Virus record (IMG/VR): IMGVR_UViG_3300036715_002952
Location: 1 to 24,889 of that record
From: a virus
Taxonomy: Duplodnaviria > Caudoviricetes
DNA: 24,889 bases
Direction: 5' to 3' (one strand)
The position numbers and the translations under genes are program-made. The notes beneath the pieces were generated by a model, which ran no database searches, had not been told where the DNA came from, and worked only from the letters and a program-made list of their open reading frames with translations. This document shows, piece after piece, positions 24,836 through 24,889 of the stretch. Within the stretch, counting starts at the first letter, position 1; each line of letters begins with the position of its first letter.

Positions 24836-24889
24836 ATGCCGACGCCACCCATCGCCACCAGCACCATCGTTTCGCAGGCCTTCAGGTTC
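24836..24889 (+). CDS. Start of head-tail adaptor/tail tubular protein A-like gene (partial)
   Basis: MPTPPIATSTIVSQAFRF..., open to the window end; assignment by synteny. Confidence 0.5.
   Translation, partial: MPTPPIATSTIVSQAFRF

Overview
The whole window is a contiguous part of a high-GC temperate podovirus-type phage genome, probably infecting an alphaproteobacterium (Rhodobacteraceae-like). From left to right it carries: the end of the tail module, including an SGNH/SASA esterase tail protein; a five-gene lysis cassette (holin-like, DUF3380 muramidase, holin, two spanins); an intact attP whose core is the 3' half of a tRNA-His(GUG); and a leftward early operon (small ORFs, HU, AlpA/Xis-like, tyrosine integrase). 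Next come a cI/cro switch with an unannotated small membrane gene behind cI, a rightward early/replication operon (GcrA/Myb-like HTH protein, Toprim primase, P-loop helicase) and a repeat-rich ori. The right end holds terS/terL and BPP-1/T7-type head genes (portal, scaffold, capsid, decoration, start of tail adaptor). Phage genes flank both sides of att, so this looks like the excised or virion form rather than an integrated prophage. The most unusual signals are attP arm-like repeats with IHF sites that recur at the terS/pac locus, a repressor whose S24 protease dyad looks dead, two anti-SD sRNA-like elements and a structured capsid mRNA leader. All family assignments come from motif recognition by eye; no searches were run.
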